This document shows positions 35,984 through 44,586 of a DNA stretch of 64,000 bases, piece by piece; the first letter of the stretch is position 1; each line of letters opens with the position of its first letter. Position numbers and translations under genes: made by a program. The stretch spans positions 7,891 to 71,890 of the forward strand of contig JAKIWS010000001.1 in NCBI GenBank assembly GCA_022749895.1, in the 5' to 3' direction. This DNA is from Thermoplasmata archaeon. GTDB lineage: Archaea; Thermoplasmatota; Thermoplasmata; Lutacidiplasmatales; UBA184. A model generated the notes under the pieces. That model worked only from the letters and a program-made list of their open reading frames with translations. It made no database searches and was not told the DNA's origin.

Positions 35984-36949
35984 ATGCGGGGCATCCGGTC
36001 GCTCGGCCTCCTCGCGCTGTTCGTAGGCGCCCAGATCGTCGCGCTGCTCCTCGCGATCCCGTACCGCTCGGCGGGGCTCGCCACGACGGCGAACCCGAAC
36101 TCCCCGCTCGACCCGCTCTACATCATCGCCCTCGTGATCATCGCGCCGCTGATCATCCTCTTCATCGCCCGACGGGACGGCGCGCTCGCCGCTCTCCGGG
36201 CGGTAATTCTCGTCGCGATCGCGGGGTCGCTCTACGTGACGATGATCGCCACGTTCTCGCTGTTCGTCCCGCCGCCGTTCTACTTCCAGCCGGCGTCGGT
36301 CGGGCTCGTCGGGTACCTGGCGTTCCCGCTCGCCGGCACCGTCGCCGTCGTGCTCCTGCTGCTCCTCCTCATGGAGCCGCAGTGGTACATCGTCGACGGC
36401 GTCGGGTTCCTCGCGGCGGGCTCGCTCATCGCGCTGCTCGGGATCTCCTTCGGCATCCTCCCGTCGTTCATCCTGCTCATCGCGCTCGCCATCTACGACG
36501 CGATCGCCGTCTACCGCACGAAGCACATGATCTCCCTCGCCGACGTGGTGACCGACCTCAAGCTGCCGATCTTGATGGTGATGCCCGGGAGTCCGGATTT
36601 CGACTACACCCGCCAGGGGAAGCTGGCGGACCAGCGCGCGAAGCCGGTCGAGGAGCGCGAAGCCCTCTACATGGGTCTCGGCGACGTCGTCATCCCCGGC
36701 ACCCTGGTCACGTCCGCCTTCGTCTGGCTCCCCGCGACGCCGTTCCTCGGGGTCGGGAGCAACCTCTGGGTCGCCCTCGCGGTGCTCGGGGGTTCGCTCG
36801 TGGGCTATTCGCTCTTGATGCGGCTCGTCGCCCGCGGGAACCCCCAGGCCGGCCTGCCGTTGCTCAACGGCGGCGCGCTCGTCGGCTACGTCCTGGGCTA
36901 CCTCCTGTTCTTCCACAGCCTCGGGCTGGGCCTCACGGTGAGCTTCTGA
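35984..36949 (+). CDS. Presenilin/signal-peptide-peptidase homologue (A22 intramembrane aspartyl protease)
   Basis: Polytopic protein. YD motif (IALAIYDAIAV), GLGD motif (YMGLGDVVIPG), PAL-like QAGLPLLNGG. Confidence 0.8.
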   Translation: MRGIRSLGLLALFVGAQIVALLLAIPYRSAGLATTANPNSPLDPLYIIALVIIAPLIILFIARRDGALAALRAVILVAIAGSLYVTMIATFSLFVPPPFYFQPASVGLVGYLAFPLAGTVAVVLLLLLLMEPQWYIVDGVGFLAAGSLIALLGISFGILPSFILLIALAIYDAIAVYRTKHMISLADVVTDLKLPILMVMPGSPDFDYTRQGKLADQRAKPVEEREALYMGLGDVVIPGTLVTSAFVWLPATPFLGVGSNLWVALAVLGGSLVGYSLLMRLVARGNPQAGLPLLNGGALVGYVLGYLLFFHSLGLGLTVSF

Positions 36950-36968
36950 CGCGGCCGGGGCCTCGACG

Positions 36969-37913
36969 ATGAGCAAGATCGTTCGCGACATCCGCTTGAA
37001 CGATCGGCCCGGGCTCGACGCGCTGTTCCACCGGATGGCCGCGGCCGGTGGCTTCAGCGCGAAGGGGGTCGCGGACGGCGTCGACCTCCTCGTCCGCATC
37101 CTCGGGGACCCGGAGATGACGACGTTCCTCTCGTTCCCCGCCGACATCGTCGCCACCGGGACGCGGGGCGTACTCCACGAACTTCTCCGGGGAGGTTACG
37201 TCGACGCGGTCATCACGACGTGCGGCACCCTCGACCACGATATCGCCCGTTCCTTTGCGCCGTACTACCACGGGGCCTGGAACCTCGACGACGCGGACCT
37301 CCACCGGCGCCATCTCTACCGGCTGGGCAACCTGGTGGTCCCCGAACGGAGCTACGGGCCACCGGTCGAGCGATTCGTCACCCGCACGCTCGAGCGACTC
37401 TGGAAAACCGGCACGCGCCGCTTATCGAGTCGCGACCTGGTCTGGGCGCTCGGGGAAGGTCTCGGGGCGCGACGCGGCGCCGGGAGCCTCGCCCGGATCG
37501 CCTTCGAGCGGAAGATCCCGGTGTTCGTGCCGGGGCTTCTGGACGGGGCCGTCGGAAGTCACCTCTGGGTCTTCTGGCAGGATCACCGCGAACTCATGCT
37601 CGACTTGTTCCACGACGAGCAGGGGCTGAGCGACCTCGTCTTCGGGGCTCGCCGCTCCGGGGCGATCATGCTCGGGGGCGGGATCTCGAAGCACCATACG
37701 ATCTGGTGGAACCAGTTCCGGGGCGGACTCGACGCGGCGTTCTACATCACGACGGCCGTCGAGTGGGACGGCTCCCTCTCCGGGGCCAGGACGCGCGAAG
37801 CGGTTTCGTGGGGCAAGGTCAAGCCGAACGCACGCCACCTGACGATCGAAGGGGACGTGACGGTGCTGCTTCCGCTGATGGTGGAAGCCGCCCTCGAGCG
37901 GCTCAAGCGGTGA
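36969..37913 (+). CDS. dys: Deoxyhypusine synthase
   Basis: Family pattern VITTCGTLDHDI and MLGGGISKHH. Confidence 0.85.
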   Translation: MSKIVRDIRLNDRPGLDALFHRMAAAGGFSAKGVADGVDLLVRILGDPEMTTFLSFPADIVATGTRGVLHELLRGGYVDAVITTCGTLDHDIARSFAPYYHGAWNLDDADLHRRHLYRLGNLVVPERSYGPPVERFVTRTLERLWKTGTRRLSSRDLVWALGEGLGARRGAGSLARIAFERKIPVFVPGLLDGAVGSHLWVFWQDHRELMLDLFHDEQGLSDLVFGARRSGAIMLGGGISKHHTIWWNQFRGGLDAAFYITTAVEWDGSLSGARTREAVSWGKVKPNARHLTIEGDVTVLLPLMVEAALERLKR

Positions 37914-38018
37914 GTCGCGGGCGGGCGCGGCGCCCCCGGGAGAGCCCTGCGACCCCGGGCGGCGCGGTCGTCCGAGATGTTATGAGCGGCGGCCTAAGTC
38001 CGGCGTGCCGGAAGATTT

Positions 38019-38091
38019 GGGCCCGTAGCTCAGTCGGTAGAGCAGGCGGCTCTTAACCGCAAGGTCAGGGGTTCGAGTCCCCTCGGGCCCG
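38019..38091 (+). tRNA. tRNA-Lys (anticodon CUU)
   Basis: 73-nt cloverleaf. Acceptor GGGCCCG/CGGGCCC, D-arm GCTC-AGTCGGTA-GAGC, anticodon loop CTCTTAA, T-arm AGGGG-TTCGAGT-CCCCT, discriminator G. There is a single 27:43 mismatch. Confidence 0.9.
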
Positions 38092-38106
38092 TGGGCAACT
38101 ACGCCA

Positions 38107-38119
38107 GGACTCGAACCCC
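38107..38119 (-). repeat. Inverted 13-nt copy of the tRNA-Lys T-arm (partial tRNA remnant or hairpin partner)
   Basis: GGACTCGAACCCC is the exact reverse complement of 38068-38080 (GGGGTTCGAGTCC). Confidence 0.6.
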
Positions 38120-38176
38120 CGGGCCGCGGGCGCCGGACTTTAGGTACTCCATTTATGGTAGCCATAGCTAGCAACC

Positions 38177-38422
38177 ATGGCGAATACTTCGGTTGCCCTG
38201 GACCGGGAGGCGTATGATCTTCTGCGAGGCCAAAAACGGCCGGGAGAGTCGTTCAGCCAGGTCGTGAAGCGGTTGGCCAAGAATCGACAGTCCCGGGCGA
38301 GCTTTGTTGGGGCCTGGAAGGACATGCGGGCGAGGACGTTTCGAGAGATCCAAACCAACCGCAAACGCCTGCGCGACCTCGATGAGGACCGATTCGAGGG
38401 GCTCATGAAGGCGGCGCGCTGA
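38177..38422 (+). CDS. vapB: VapB-like (DUF217-type) antitoxin
   Basis: MANTSVALDREAYDLLRGQKRPGESFSQVVKRLA. Its stop abuts the PIN gene start. Confidence 0.7.
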   Translation: MANTSVALDREAYDLLRGQKRPGESFSQVVKRLAKNRQSRASFVGAWKDMRARTFREIQTNRKRLRDLDEDRFEGLMKAAR

Positions 38423-38812
38423 ATGGTCCGATCGCTCGGCACGTCGTTCCTGATCGACGTCCTCCGCGGGCACCGCGGAGCGGCCGCCAAGGCGGAGGTC
38501 CTCGACGCCGAATCGGAGGTCATCACCATACCCGCGCCGGCGTTGGCGGAGTTTCTGGATGGGGCGTACGACGCCGGAGGCACGTACTTGACCAAAGCGA
38601 TCCAGCTCATCGCAGGGCGGGACGTGGTCCCATTCGACAAGGAATGTAGCCTCCTCGCCGGTCAACTCCGTGCGGACCTGCGAGCTCGGGGTGTGACCTT
38701 GCCGATGATCGATGCGATGATCGCGTCCACCGTCCTAAGACATCACAGCATCTTGGTCACCGGGGACGGCGGGTTCCACCGCATTCCCGGGCTGGCCGTT
38801 GAGTCGTACTGA
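38423..38812 (+). CDS. vapC: PIN-domain toxin VapC
   Basis: N-terminal acidic motif (TSFLIDVL), DAMIASTVL, LVTGDGGF. It is about 129 aa and lies immediately after vapB. Confidence 0.75.
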   Translation: MVRSLGTSFLIDVLRGHRGAAAKAEVLDAESEVITIPAPALAEFLDGAYDAGGTYLTKAIQLIAGRDVVPFDKECSLLAGQLRADLRARGVTLPMIDAMIASTVLRHHSILVTGDGGFHRIPGLAVESY

Positions 38813-38890
38813 ATCCGCTCCTGGGCGGTATCTACTAAGTTCTCTTCGCCATGTCCACGGGGGCGGAACTGCACCGGTTCGACGTTGACC

Positions 38891-39424
38891 ATGGTAAGTC
38901 CGCGATCGGGGCGAATCCGACGTTGGTTCGTGTACGGGGCGACGGCGGGGGTCGTCGTGGCGCTGTTCGCGGGGCTCACGACGGGGGTCATCAGCCTCGG
39001 CCACCAGACGCAGAGTGCGACCGGGAACTACGTCCGCTACAATGGTACCGTGACCGGCCTCACGTACACGTCGACCGTCGCCGGCCACGTTCCGAACCCG
39101 GCTCCGGCGGCGTCGACCGGCACCGCCCTCGTTCCGCAGAGCCTCGGTTCGGGGGCGAACGGCTTCTGCGCCACGACGTGTACGGCGGGCAATCGCTCGG
39201 TGAACGTCACCTACAGCTTCACCGCCTCGATGGCCGGCGCGATCCAGATCACGGTCCAAGTCACCGCGTCGGCCGGAAGCGGAACGGCGACGCTCTACCT
39301 CCGGCAGGCCGTGCTACCGACCAGCGGTACGATCGTGGTCGTCTGGGACGTCGGAACCGTGGCCTCGCCCTTGACCGATGTGAACGTGACGATCCACCAG
39401 TGTGGGCCGCTGACGTGTCCCTAA
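38891..39424 (+). CDS. Pilin-like secreted or anchored protein, paralogue A (uncharacterised family)
   Basis: MVSPRSGRIRRWFVYG|ATAGVVVALFAGLTTGVISL, followed by a domain of about 130 aa with two conserved Cys pairs (FCATTCT; QCGPLTCP). It looks more than half identical by eye to paralogue B. Confidence 0.6.
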   Translation: MVSPRSGRIRRWFVYGATAGVVVALFAGLTTGVISLGHQTQSATGNYVRYNGTVTGLTYTSTVAGHVPNPAPAASTGTALVPQSLGSGANGFCATTCTAGNRSVNVTYSFTASMAGAIQITVQVTASAGSGTATLYLRQAVLPTSGTIVVVWDVGTVASPLTDVNVTIHQCGPLTCP

Positions 39425-39556
39425 CTCGGCCGAGACCCCCGCCGCTCGAAACGCGGTCGGGATCACGCCACAGGGTCGCGCCGGTCGCTGAACCCCGGCG
39501 GCGAATCGGTTCCTCGTCCCGTCGGGGCTCCCGATCTCTTCGGGCGATTCCTAATG

Positions 39557-39567
39557 ATTAAATATCG
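39557..39567 (+). promoter_or_regulatory. Candidate TATA box for paralogue B
   Basis: GATTAAATATC is an AT island about 45 nt upstream of the ATG at 39608. Confidence 0.4.
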
Positions 39568-39607
39568 GAATCCGGGACTAGGTGTGGGTACCCCGAAGGG
39601 TACCAAC

Positions 39608-40126
39608 ATGGAACGAATTAGCGGCCGAGTAATCTACGGAGTAACGGCAGCGAGCATCGTGGCGCTGATCGCGGGATTCGCGATGGCGTCGATCAGTCTG
39701 ACCACGACGACGCAGAACGCGTCGGGGAACTACGTCAACGCGAGCGGCGCCGTCACGGGGGTCACGTACACGTCCACGGTCCTCGGCGCCACGTCGAACC
39801 CAGCGCCCGCGGCCTCCACGGGCAGCGCCGGAGCTCCGCAAGTGGTCGTCGCCGGGGCCAACGCGTTCTGTGCGAACACGTGCACGGTAGGCGACTTCGC
39901 GCAGATCGTCACCTACACGTTCACCACGTCGATGACCGGCTCGATCCAGATCTCGATCCAGGTGACCGCCTCGGCCGGGGGAGGGGCGGCGACCCTCTAC
40001 CTGAAGCAGGCCGGGACCGCGGTCGCGGGGACGATCGTCCTTACCTGGGACGTCGGCAGCTCGTCGGCCACGCTCACCGCCGTTACCTTGGGCCTCCAGC
40101 AGTGCAGCGGGGCGACCTGCCCGTAA
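39608..40126 (+). CDS. Pilin-like secreted or anchored protein, paralogue B
   Basis: MERISGRVIYG|VTAASIVALIAGFAMASISL. It shares blocks with A: NPAPAASTG, GANAFCANTCT, SIQISIQVTASAG, ATLYLKQA, C-terminal QCSGATCP. Confidence 0.6.
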   Translation: MERISGRVIYGVTAASIVALIAGFAMASISLTTTTQNASGNYVNASGAVTGVTYTSTVLGATSNPAPAASTGSAGAPQVVVAGANAFCANTCTVGDFAQIVTYTFTTSMTGSIQISIQVTASAGGGAATLYLKQAGTAVAGTIVLTWDVGSSSATLTAVTLGLQQCSGATCP

Positions 40127-40359
40127 GCGCCCCCTGAGAACCCACAAGGGGGGCGGTCCCAACCGACCCCCCAACCCTCCCCCTTCGGGCCCGAGGCGCC
40201 CCATCCCCAGGGTGACCGCGCCGCCGTAACGTTTCCGATGGACCGATAGGCTCAACCTCGGGGAACGGCCATATTCTGAACCCGGGAGCGCTGACTCCGA
40301 ATGCGCGCCGCCGGATCCAGTCCTTTCCCCTGCCCCGAGGGGGTCCTCGCGCCGGTCCC

Positions 40360-41418
40360 GTGAGCGATTACCCCCACCTTTCCGCGACCCGATTGGGTCG
40401 GCACGACAATGACGTCCGGCTGCGTGCCAAGAACGGCTCCCCCCTCCTGTTCCTGGGCGGCGCTTGCGTCATCGTGGCCCTCGTGCTCTTGGAGAATAAC
40501 CTGCAGCTCCATTCCGTTCGAGTCCCCATCTGGCTGTTGGCGTTCTCCGTCGGGATCGTGGCCCTCGCGGGGGGTCTCACGGCGGTGATCGCGGGGGACT
40601 TTGGAGGGTCCCGACCGGCGCGTGGGCCCGCCCCCGCCGGCAATCGGGAAAAAGGCCCGCCACCCGAGCTCGCCCTCGGTCCCCCGAAATCCGAGAAGAC
40701 GACCGCCCCGCTCGGGAAGGGGGCCCGCCTCGACCGGCCGATTCCGAGACCCGTCAGCGGGTCGGTCCGCGCCTCGACTGCACCGCCACCCGCGCCGGAT
40801 CCCTCGACCGTCGTAGCGCCTCTCGCCGAGGGGCCATCCTCGCGAGCGGCCCACGTCCCGAGGCCGGCGGAGCGCGGGAGTTCCGTGCCGAAATCGGACC
40901 GCGGATTCGATGCGGCGATCGTGGAGCTGGAGAGCGTCTTCCGAGAGATGACACGGGATCGACCATCGGCAACTCCTCCCTCGAAGCCTGCCCGCTCCGA
41001 CGCAGGGCCCGTGGCGAGGCGCCCCGATATTCCGCCGAAAGCGGCTCCGGTGAAACAGTGGGACGAGTCGACCGAGGCCCCGAGGAAGGGTCGTCGTGCG
41101 GCGGGGAACTCGAACTCCGGTGCCGCCGAGCTCCCGCCGGAACTCGCCGACGAGTTCGCCGATCTGTTGAACAAGTTTTACCCCGAGATCGAAGCGGGGG
41201 CAGGACGTTCGGAGGACCGCAGTCCCCCCGGCGATCCCCGGTTCAGGGTGTGTCCGGGCTGCCGGCGACCGATCGCCGCCTCGGTCGAGGGAATCCGTTG
41301 TCTGCGGTGCGCAAAGCCGATGTGCGACGATTGCCGGCGACGCGCCGCGAATGCCAAGCGGGCGCTGCTCTGCGCCTCCTGCTTCGGCGCCTACGGCGTC
41401 GGGTCTCCCCCTTCGTAG
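40360..41418 (+). CDS. Membrane protein with long Pro-rich disordered region and C-terminal double zinc ribbon
   Basis: GTG start. Two TM helices near the N-terminus. The C-terminus follows C-x2-C-x12-C-x2-C-x4-C-x2-C-x12-C-x2-C (CPGC...CLRC...CDDC...CASC). Confidence 0.5.
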   Translation: MSDYPHLSATRLGRHDNDVRLRAKNGSPLLFLGGACVIVALVLLENNLQLHSVRVPIWLLAFSVGIVALAGGLTAVIAGDFGGSRPARGPAPAGNREKGPPPELALGPPKSEKTTAPLGKGARLDRPIPRPVSGSVRASTAPPPAPDPSTVVAPLAEGPSSRAAHVPRPAERGSSVPKSDRGFDAAIVELESVFREMTRDRPSATPPSKPARSDAGPVARRPDIPPKAAPVKQWDESTEAPRKGRRAAGNSNSGAAELPPELADEFADLLNKFYPEIEAGAGRSEDRSPPGDPRFRVCPGCRRPIAASVEGIRCLRCAKPMCDDCRRRAANAKRALLCASCFGAYGVGSPPS

Positions 41419-41598
41419 GACCACCGGCGGGTCCCTACGAGTTGTTCCACGAGCCGAACGGTCGTGGAGCGAGAATCGCGCTCGCGAAGCGCCCATGGCG
41501 CGACCTCGGCGTCACTCCGACGGGGGGAAGGTTCCGAAGCTCGCGCGCGGCTTCACCCGGACCCGTGCGCAATCGACCCTGCGCCTTTCGGCGGTCGG

Positions 41599-42417
41599 TC
41601 AGCGCCCTGGTCGACCGCCGGCGGTCGCGGACGGGGACGTCTCCGGGGGCTCCTTCGGGGCGAGCGGGAAGAACTCTTCCAGGCGGCCCTGGGCCGCCTG
41701 CACGGCCGGTAGGTCCCCGCCCGGACCGCGCAGGATGTGGGCGACGGCGACGGCCAGGAGCCCGCCGACGATCGGTCCCACCGCGAACACCCAGTAATGG
41801 GCGAAGTTCAGCAGGATGAGGTCCGGCCCGAACGATCGGGCCGGGTTCATGGAGGCGCCGCTGATCGGACTTGCCCAAAGTCCGGCGAGCGCGATGTAGC
41901 CACCCACAGCGAACGCCGCGATCGGGCCCACGTTCTGAGCCTTCGACGCGGTCCCGAGGATCGTGCTCACCAAGCCGAGCGTGAGGACGATCTCCAGGAC
42001 CAGCGCCTGGAGGTCGGAGATCCCCGGTCCCGGCACCGTCGCGCCCAGCCGGCCGATCTCCCCGAAGACCAGCCCGAGGAAGCCGCAGGCCAGGGTCGCG
42101 CCAAGCAGCTGGGCGCCGATGTACCCGGGCACGCGCCTCCACGGAAAGTCCCCCCGGGCGGCGAACGAGATGGTCACCGCCGGATTGAGGTGCGCGCCGG
42201 AGACGGCGCCCATGAACAGGATGATCGCCATCACCATGAGACCGGGCGCCGCGACGGCCTCGACCCGCCCCACGCCCCCGTGACTCACCGCGGCGACCAC
42301 GCTCGCCCCGGACGCGACGAGCACGAGCAGGAACGTCCCGAAGACCTCGGCGAACAGCCTCCGCCACTCGAGCCGGGGGTCGTCGAATCCTCGCCGGTCG
42401 ACCGTGAACCGCCACAC
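41599..42417 (-). CDS. Aquaporin / MIP-family channel
   Basis: Two NPA boxes (HLNPAVT; SMNPARS) and six TM helices. The start is set at the GTG at 42417 (alternative GTG at 42471). The ORF-track start at 42822 would overlap the neighbouring gene. Confidence 0.85.
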   Translation of the reverse strand: MWRFTVDRRGFDDPRLEWRRLFAEVFGTFLLVLVASGASVVAAVSHGGVGRVEAVAAPGLMVMAIILFMGAVSGAHLNPAVTISFAARGDFPWRRVPGYIGAQLLGATLACGFLGLVFGEIGRLGATVPGPGISDLQALVLEIVLTLGLVSTILGTASKAQNVGPIAAFAVGGYIALAGLWASPISGASMNPARSFGPDLILLNFAHYWVFAVGPIVGGLLAVAVAHILRGPGGDLPAVQAAQGRLEEFFPLAPKEPPETSPSATAGGRPGR

Positions 42418-42763
42418 CGGATTGCGGGCGATCGCCCGTCCGAGTTCGGACGACGCTCCCGAGGGGTTCACGTCGCGACCCGAGGGGGCTCGCGAAAGTG
42501 AAACGGCGCGATCCACGGCGGCGTCACGATGCCCCGTGGGCGGAGAAGAACGGACCGATGATATCCCGCTTTCGCGCGGACGGAGTTCGCTTTCCGCCGA
42601 CGAAGGGCGACCCACGATTCGGTGGTCCCACCTGCTCCCGTCGTTCTCCGCGGCTGATTCCGGTCTCGAACGAACGCCATGATCTCCGCCCTGTACCGCG
42701 TTGAGGTGGTTTCGGCTGGTTGAAATACGCCGCCCCGCGTTGCGACCCTGCGAGGAGCCCCCT

Positions 42764-43759
42764 ATGGCCGAGCCGAAAGCCGTGCCGCCGGACCAGATCA
42801 TGGAGATTGCAGGCGGGTCCATGGGGTCGAAGCACCGGTTCGCGGCCGGCGCGATCGACCTCTTCGGGGCCTTGGCCGACGGACCTCGAACGCTGGAGGA
42901 ACTGGCGCGACGGACGCACGTCCCTCCGAGGACGGTCCGGATCAGCGCCGACGCGATGGTGGCCTTGGGCCTGGTCGAAAAGCACGTCGACCGGTACCGG
43001 AACGGACCGGCGGCCGAGGCCTACCTGGCGGGAAAGTCGCCCACCGACCTGCGACCGTTCCTGAAGTTCTGGGACCGGATCAGCTACCCGAGGTGGATGG
43101 ACCTTGAATCGTGCATCCGCGCCGCGAAGGCGGTCGAACTCGATCGCCCCCGGTCGGAGGAGGAGGCGAGGATCTTCAGCGAGGGTGTCGCGGCCGCGAC
43201 GGCCGGCTCGGCGAGGGCTCTCCTGGCGGCGTACGACTGGACCCGTCACCGCCGACTGCTCGATCTTGGCGGAGGGACCGGTAGTTTTCTCACCACCCTC
43301 CTCGGGGCCCATCCGGATCTCCGGGGCACCCTCGTCGAGCTTGCGGCCACGGCGGCGGTCGCCCGAAGGTCGCTCCGAGGACATGCGGTCGCCGACCGTA
43401 TCACGATCCTCGAAGGGAGCTTCCTCGAGCTCGCGCTCCCCCTCGGCCACGACGCCGTGCTCCTATCGAACGTAGTTCACGTGCTCTCGCCCGAGCACAA
43501 TCGTGAACTGTTTCATCGGATCCGGGCGGCGGTCGCCCCCGGTAGCCGACTGCTGATCGTGGATTTCTGGCTGGATCCGGACCGTACCTCGCCCCTCTTC
43601 GGGGCGCTGATGTCCGGGGAGTTTCTGGTACTGACCGGCGAAGGCGAATCGTACAGCGCGCAGGAGGCCCGGGACTGGTTGGCGGCCACCGGTTGGAAAG
43701 CCTTGGAGCAGTCCCCGCTCGCCGGTCCCGCTAGCCTGCTGGTCGCCGAGGCCGTCTGA
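42764..43759 (+). CDS. SAM-dependent O-methyltransferase (family 2, with N-terminal wHTH dimerisation domain)
   Basis: SAM motif LLDLGGGTGSF and the N-terminal domain LFGALADGPRTLEELA. Confidence 0.75.
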   Translation: MAEPKAVPPDQIMEIAGGSMGSKHRFAAGAIDLFGALADGPRTLEELARRTHVPPRTVRISADAMVALGLVEKHVDRYRNGPAAEAYLAGKSPTDLRPFLKFWDRISYPRWMDLESCIRAAKAVELDRPRSEEEARIFSEGVAAATAGSARALLAAYDWTRHRRLLDLGGGTGSFLTTLLGAHPDLRGTLVELAATAAVARRSLRGHAVADRITILEGSFLELALPLGHDAVLLSNVVHVLSPEHNRELFHRIRAAVAPGSRLLIVDFWLDPDRTSPLFGALMSGEFLVLTGEGESYSAQEARDWLAATGWKALEQSPLAGPASLLVAEAV

Positions 43760-43937
43760 GCCGATCGCCCGGCGGTCGACGGCACCCCAATCCCGGGGCT
43801 CGGCCACCGACCCGCGGAGGACCGAGTTCGCATCCCGTTCCCGAGACCTTCATCCGACGACGCGGAGCGTCGGGACCGGACTACGTCGCCGCGTCGGACA
43901 TACCCCGGTGGGGGCGGCCCAGGGACTCAGGGTCCGT

Positions 43938-44300
43938 TCAGCCCTCGCGATGATCGTGAAAGCCCAGCACGTTCCCGGCGGGGTCCCACGCGATCCCCTG
44001 ACGGCGGTCGGTTCGCTTCACCCGAACGCCGGCGGCTTCGAGCGCCGCGGCCGTCGAATCGAAGTTCGCGACGTGGAAGAAAAACGGCGAATCGTCCTGG
44101 TCCGGGCCGAGCGCGAGTCGAGGGGCACCCGCGACGCGATAGAGCGTGAGCGGCACCCCGTGCGCGTCCACGACCGTCCACACCGGATCGACCGCGCCCA
44201 CGACCGGGAACCCGAGCAGGTCCCGGTAAAAGCCGACGGCCCGGTCCATGTCGTCGACGGTCAAAATCAGATGCCCGATTCCCGTCACACCGGCGCCCAT
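43938..44300 (-). CDS. VOC/glyoxalase-family protein
   Basis: IGHLILTVDDMDRAVGFYRDLLGF is a typical VOC N-terminus. 120 aa from the ATG at 44300. Confidence 0.7.
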   Translation of the reverse strand: MGAGVTGIGHLILTVDDMDRAVGFYRDLLGFPVVGAVDPVWTVVDAHGVPLTLYRVAGAPRLALGPDQDDSPFFFHVANFDSTAAALEAAGVRVKRTDRRQGIAWDPAGNVLGFHDHREG

Positions 44301-44586
44301 GCGGGGCCGACACGGGAAGGCGGGATAAGGGACCGGCCAAAGGGAGCACGGCGCGCGAAGAATCCTGGCGGTGGGACCTCGGCCCATCTTCACGGGGGGT
44401 GCGCCGGCGGGGTCGACGGTCGTAGGAGGTGTTTTTCCCGCGTGGGATGGTCTAAAGGCCACCGTGACCGAAGCGCGTGAGATCCGGAGAAGAGCTCGGC
44501 GAGCGGGGCCGGGGCCCCCGAAGCCTCTCCAAGGACGCCGGAGGCGGAGCGCTCCCGCGCCGTCTCCGTCCCTACGTCGCGGGCTC

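Noticed and set aside
40181-40193. A 12/13 match to the tRNA-Lys 3' end as a definitive att site.
   Set aside because: It is short, GC-rich and imperfect, and such a match could arise by chance in this composition. No integrase is present. It is mentioned only as weak supporting evidence for the islet.
41230-41400. The C-terminal 8-Cys cluster of the 40360 protein as a RING-type (cross-brace) finger hinting at a ubiquitin-like system.
   Set aside because: The spacing is perfectly symmetric (C-x2-C-x12-C-x2-C, 4-residue spacer, then the same again). That fits a tandem or double zinc ribbon better than a RING. No E1/E2/Ub-like genes are nearby.
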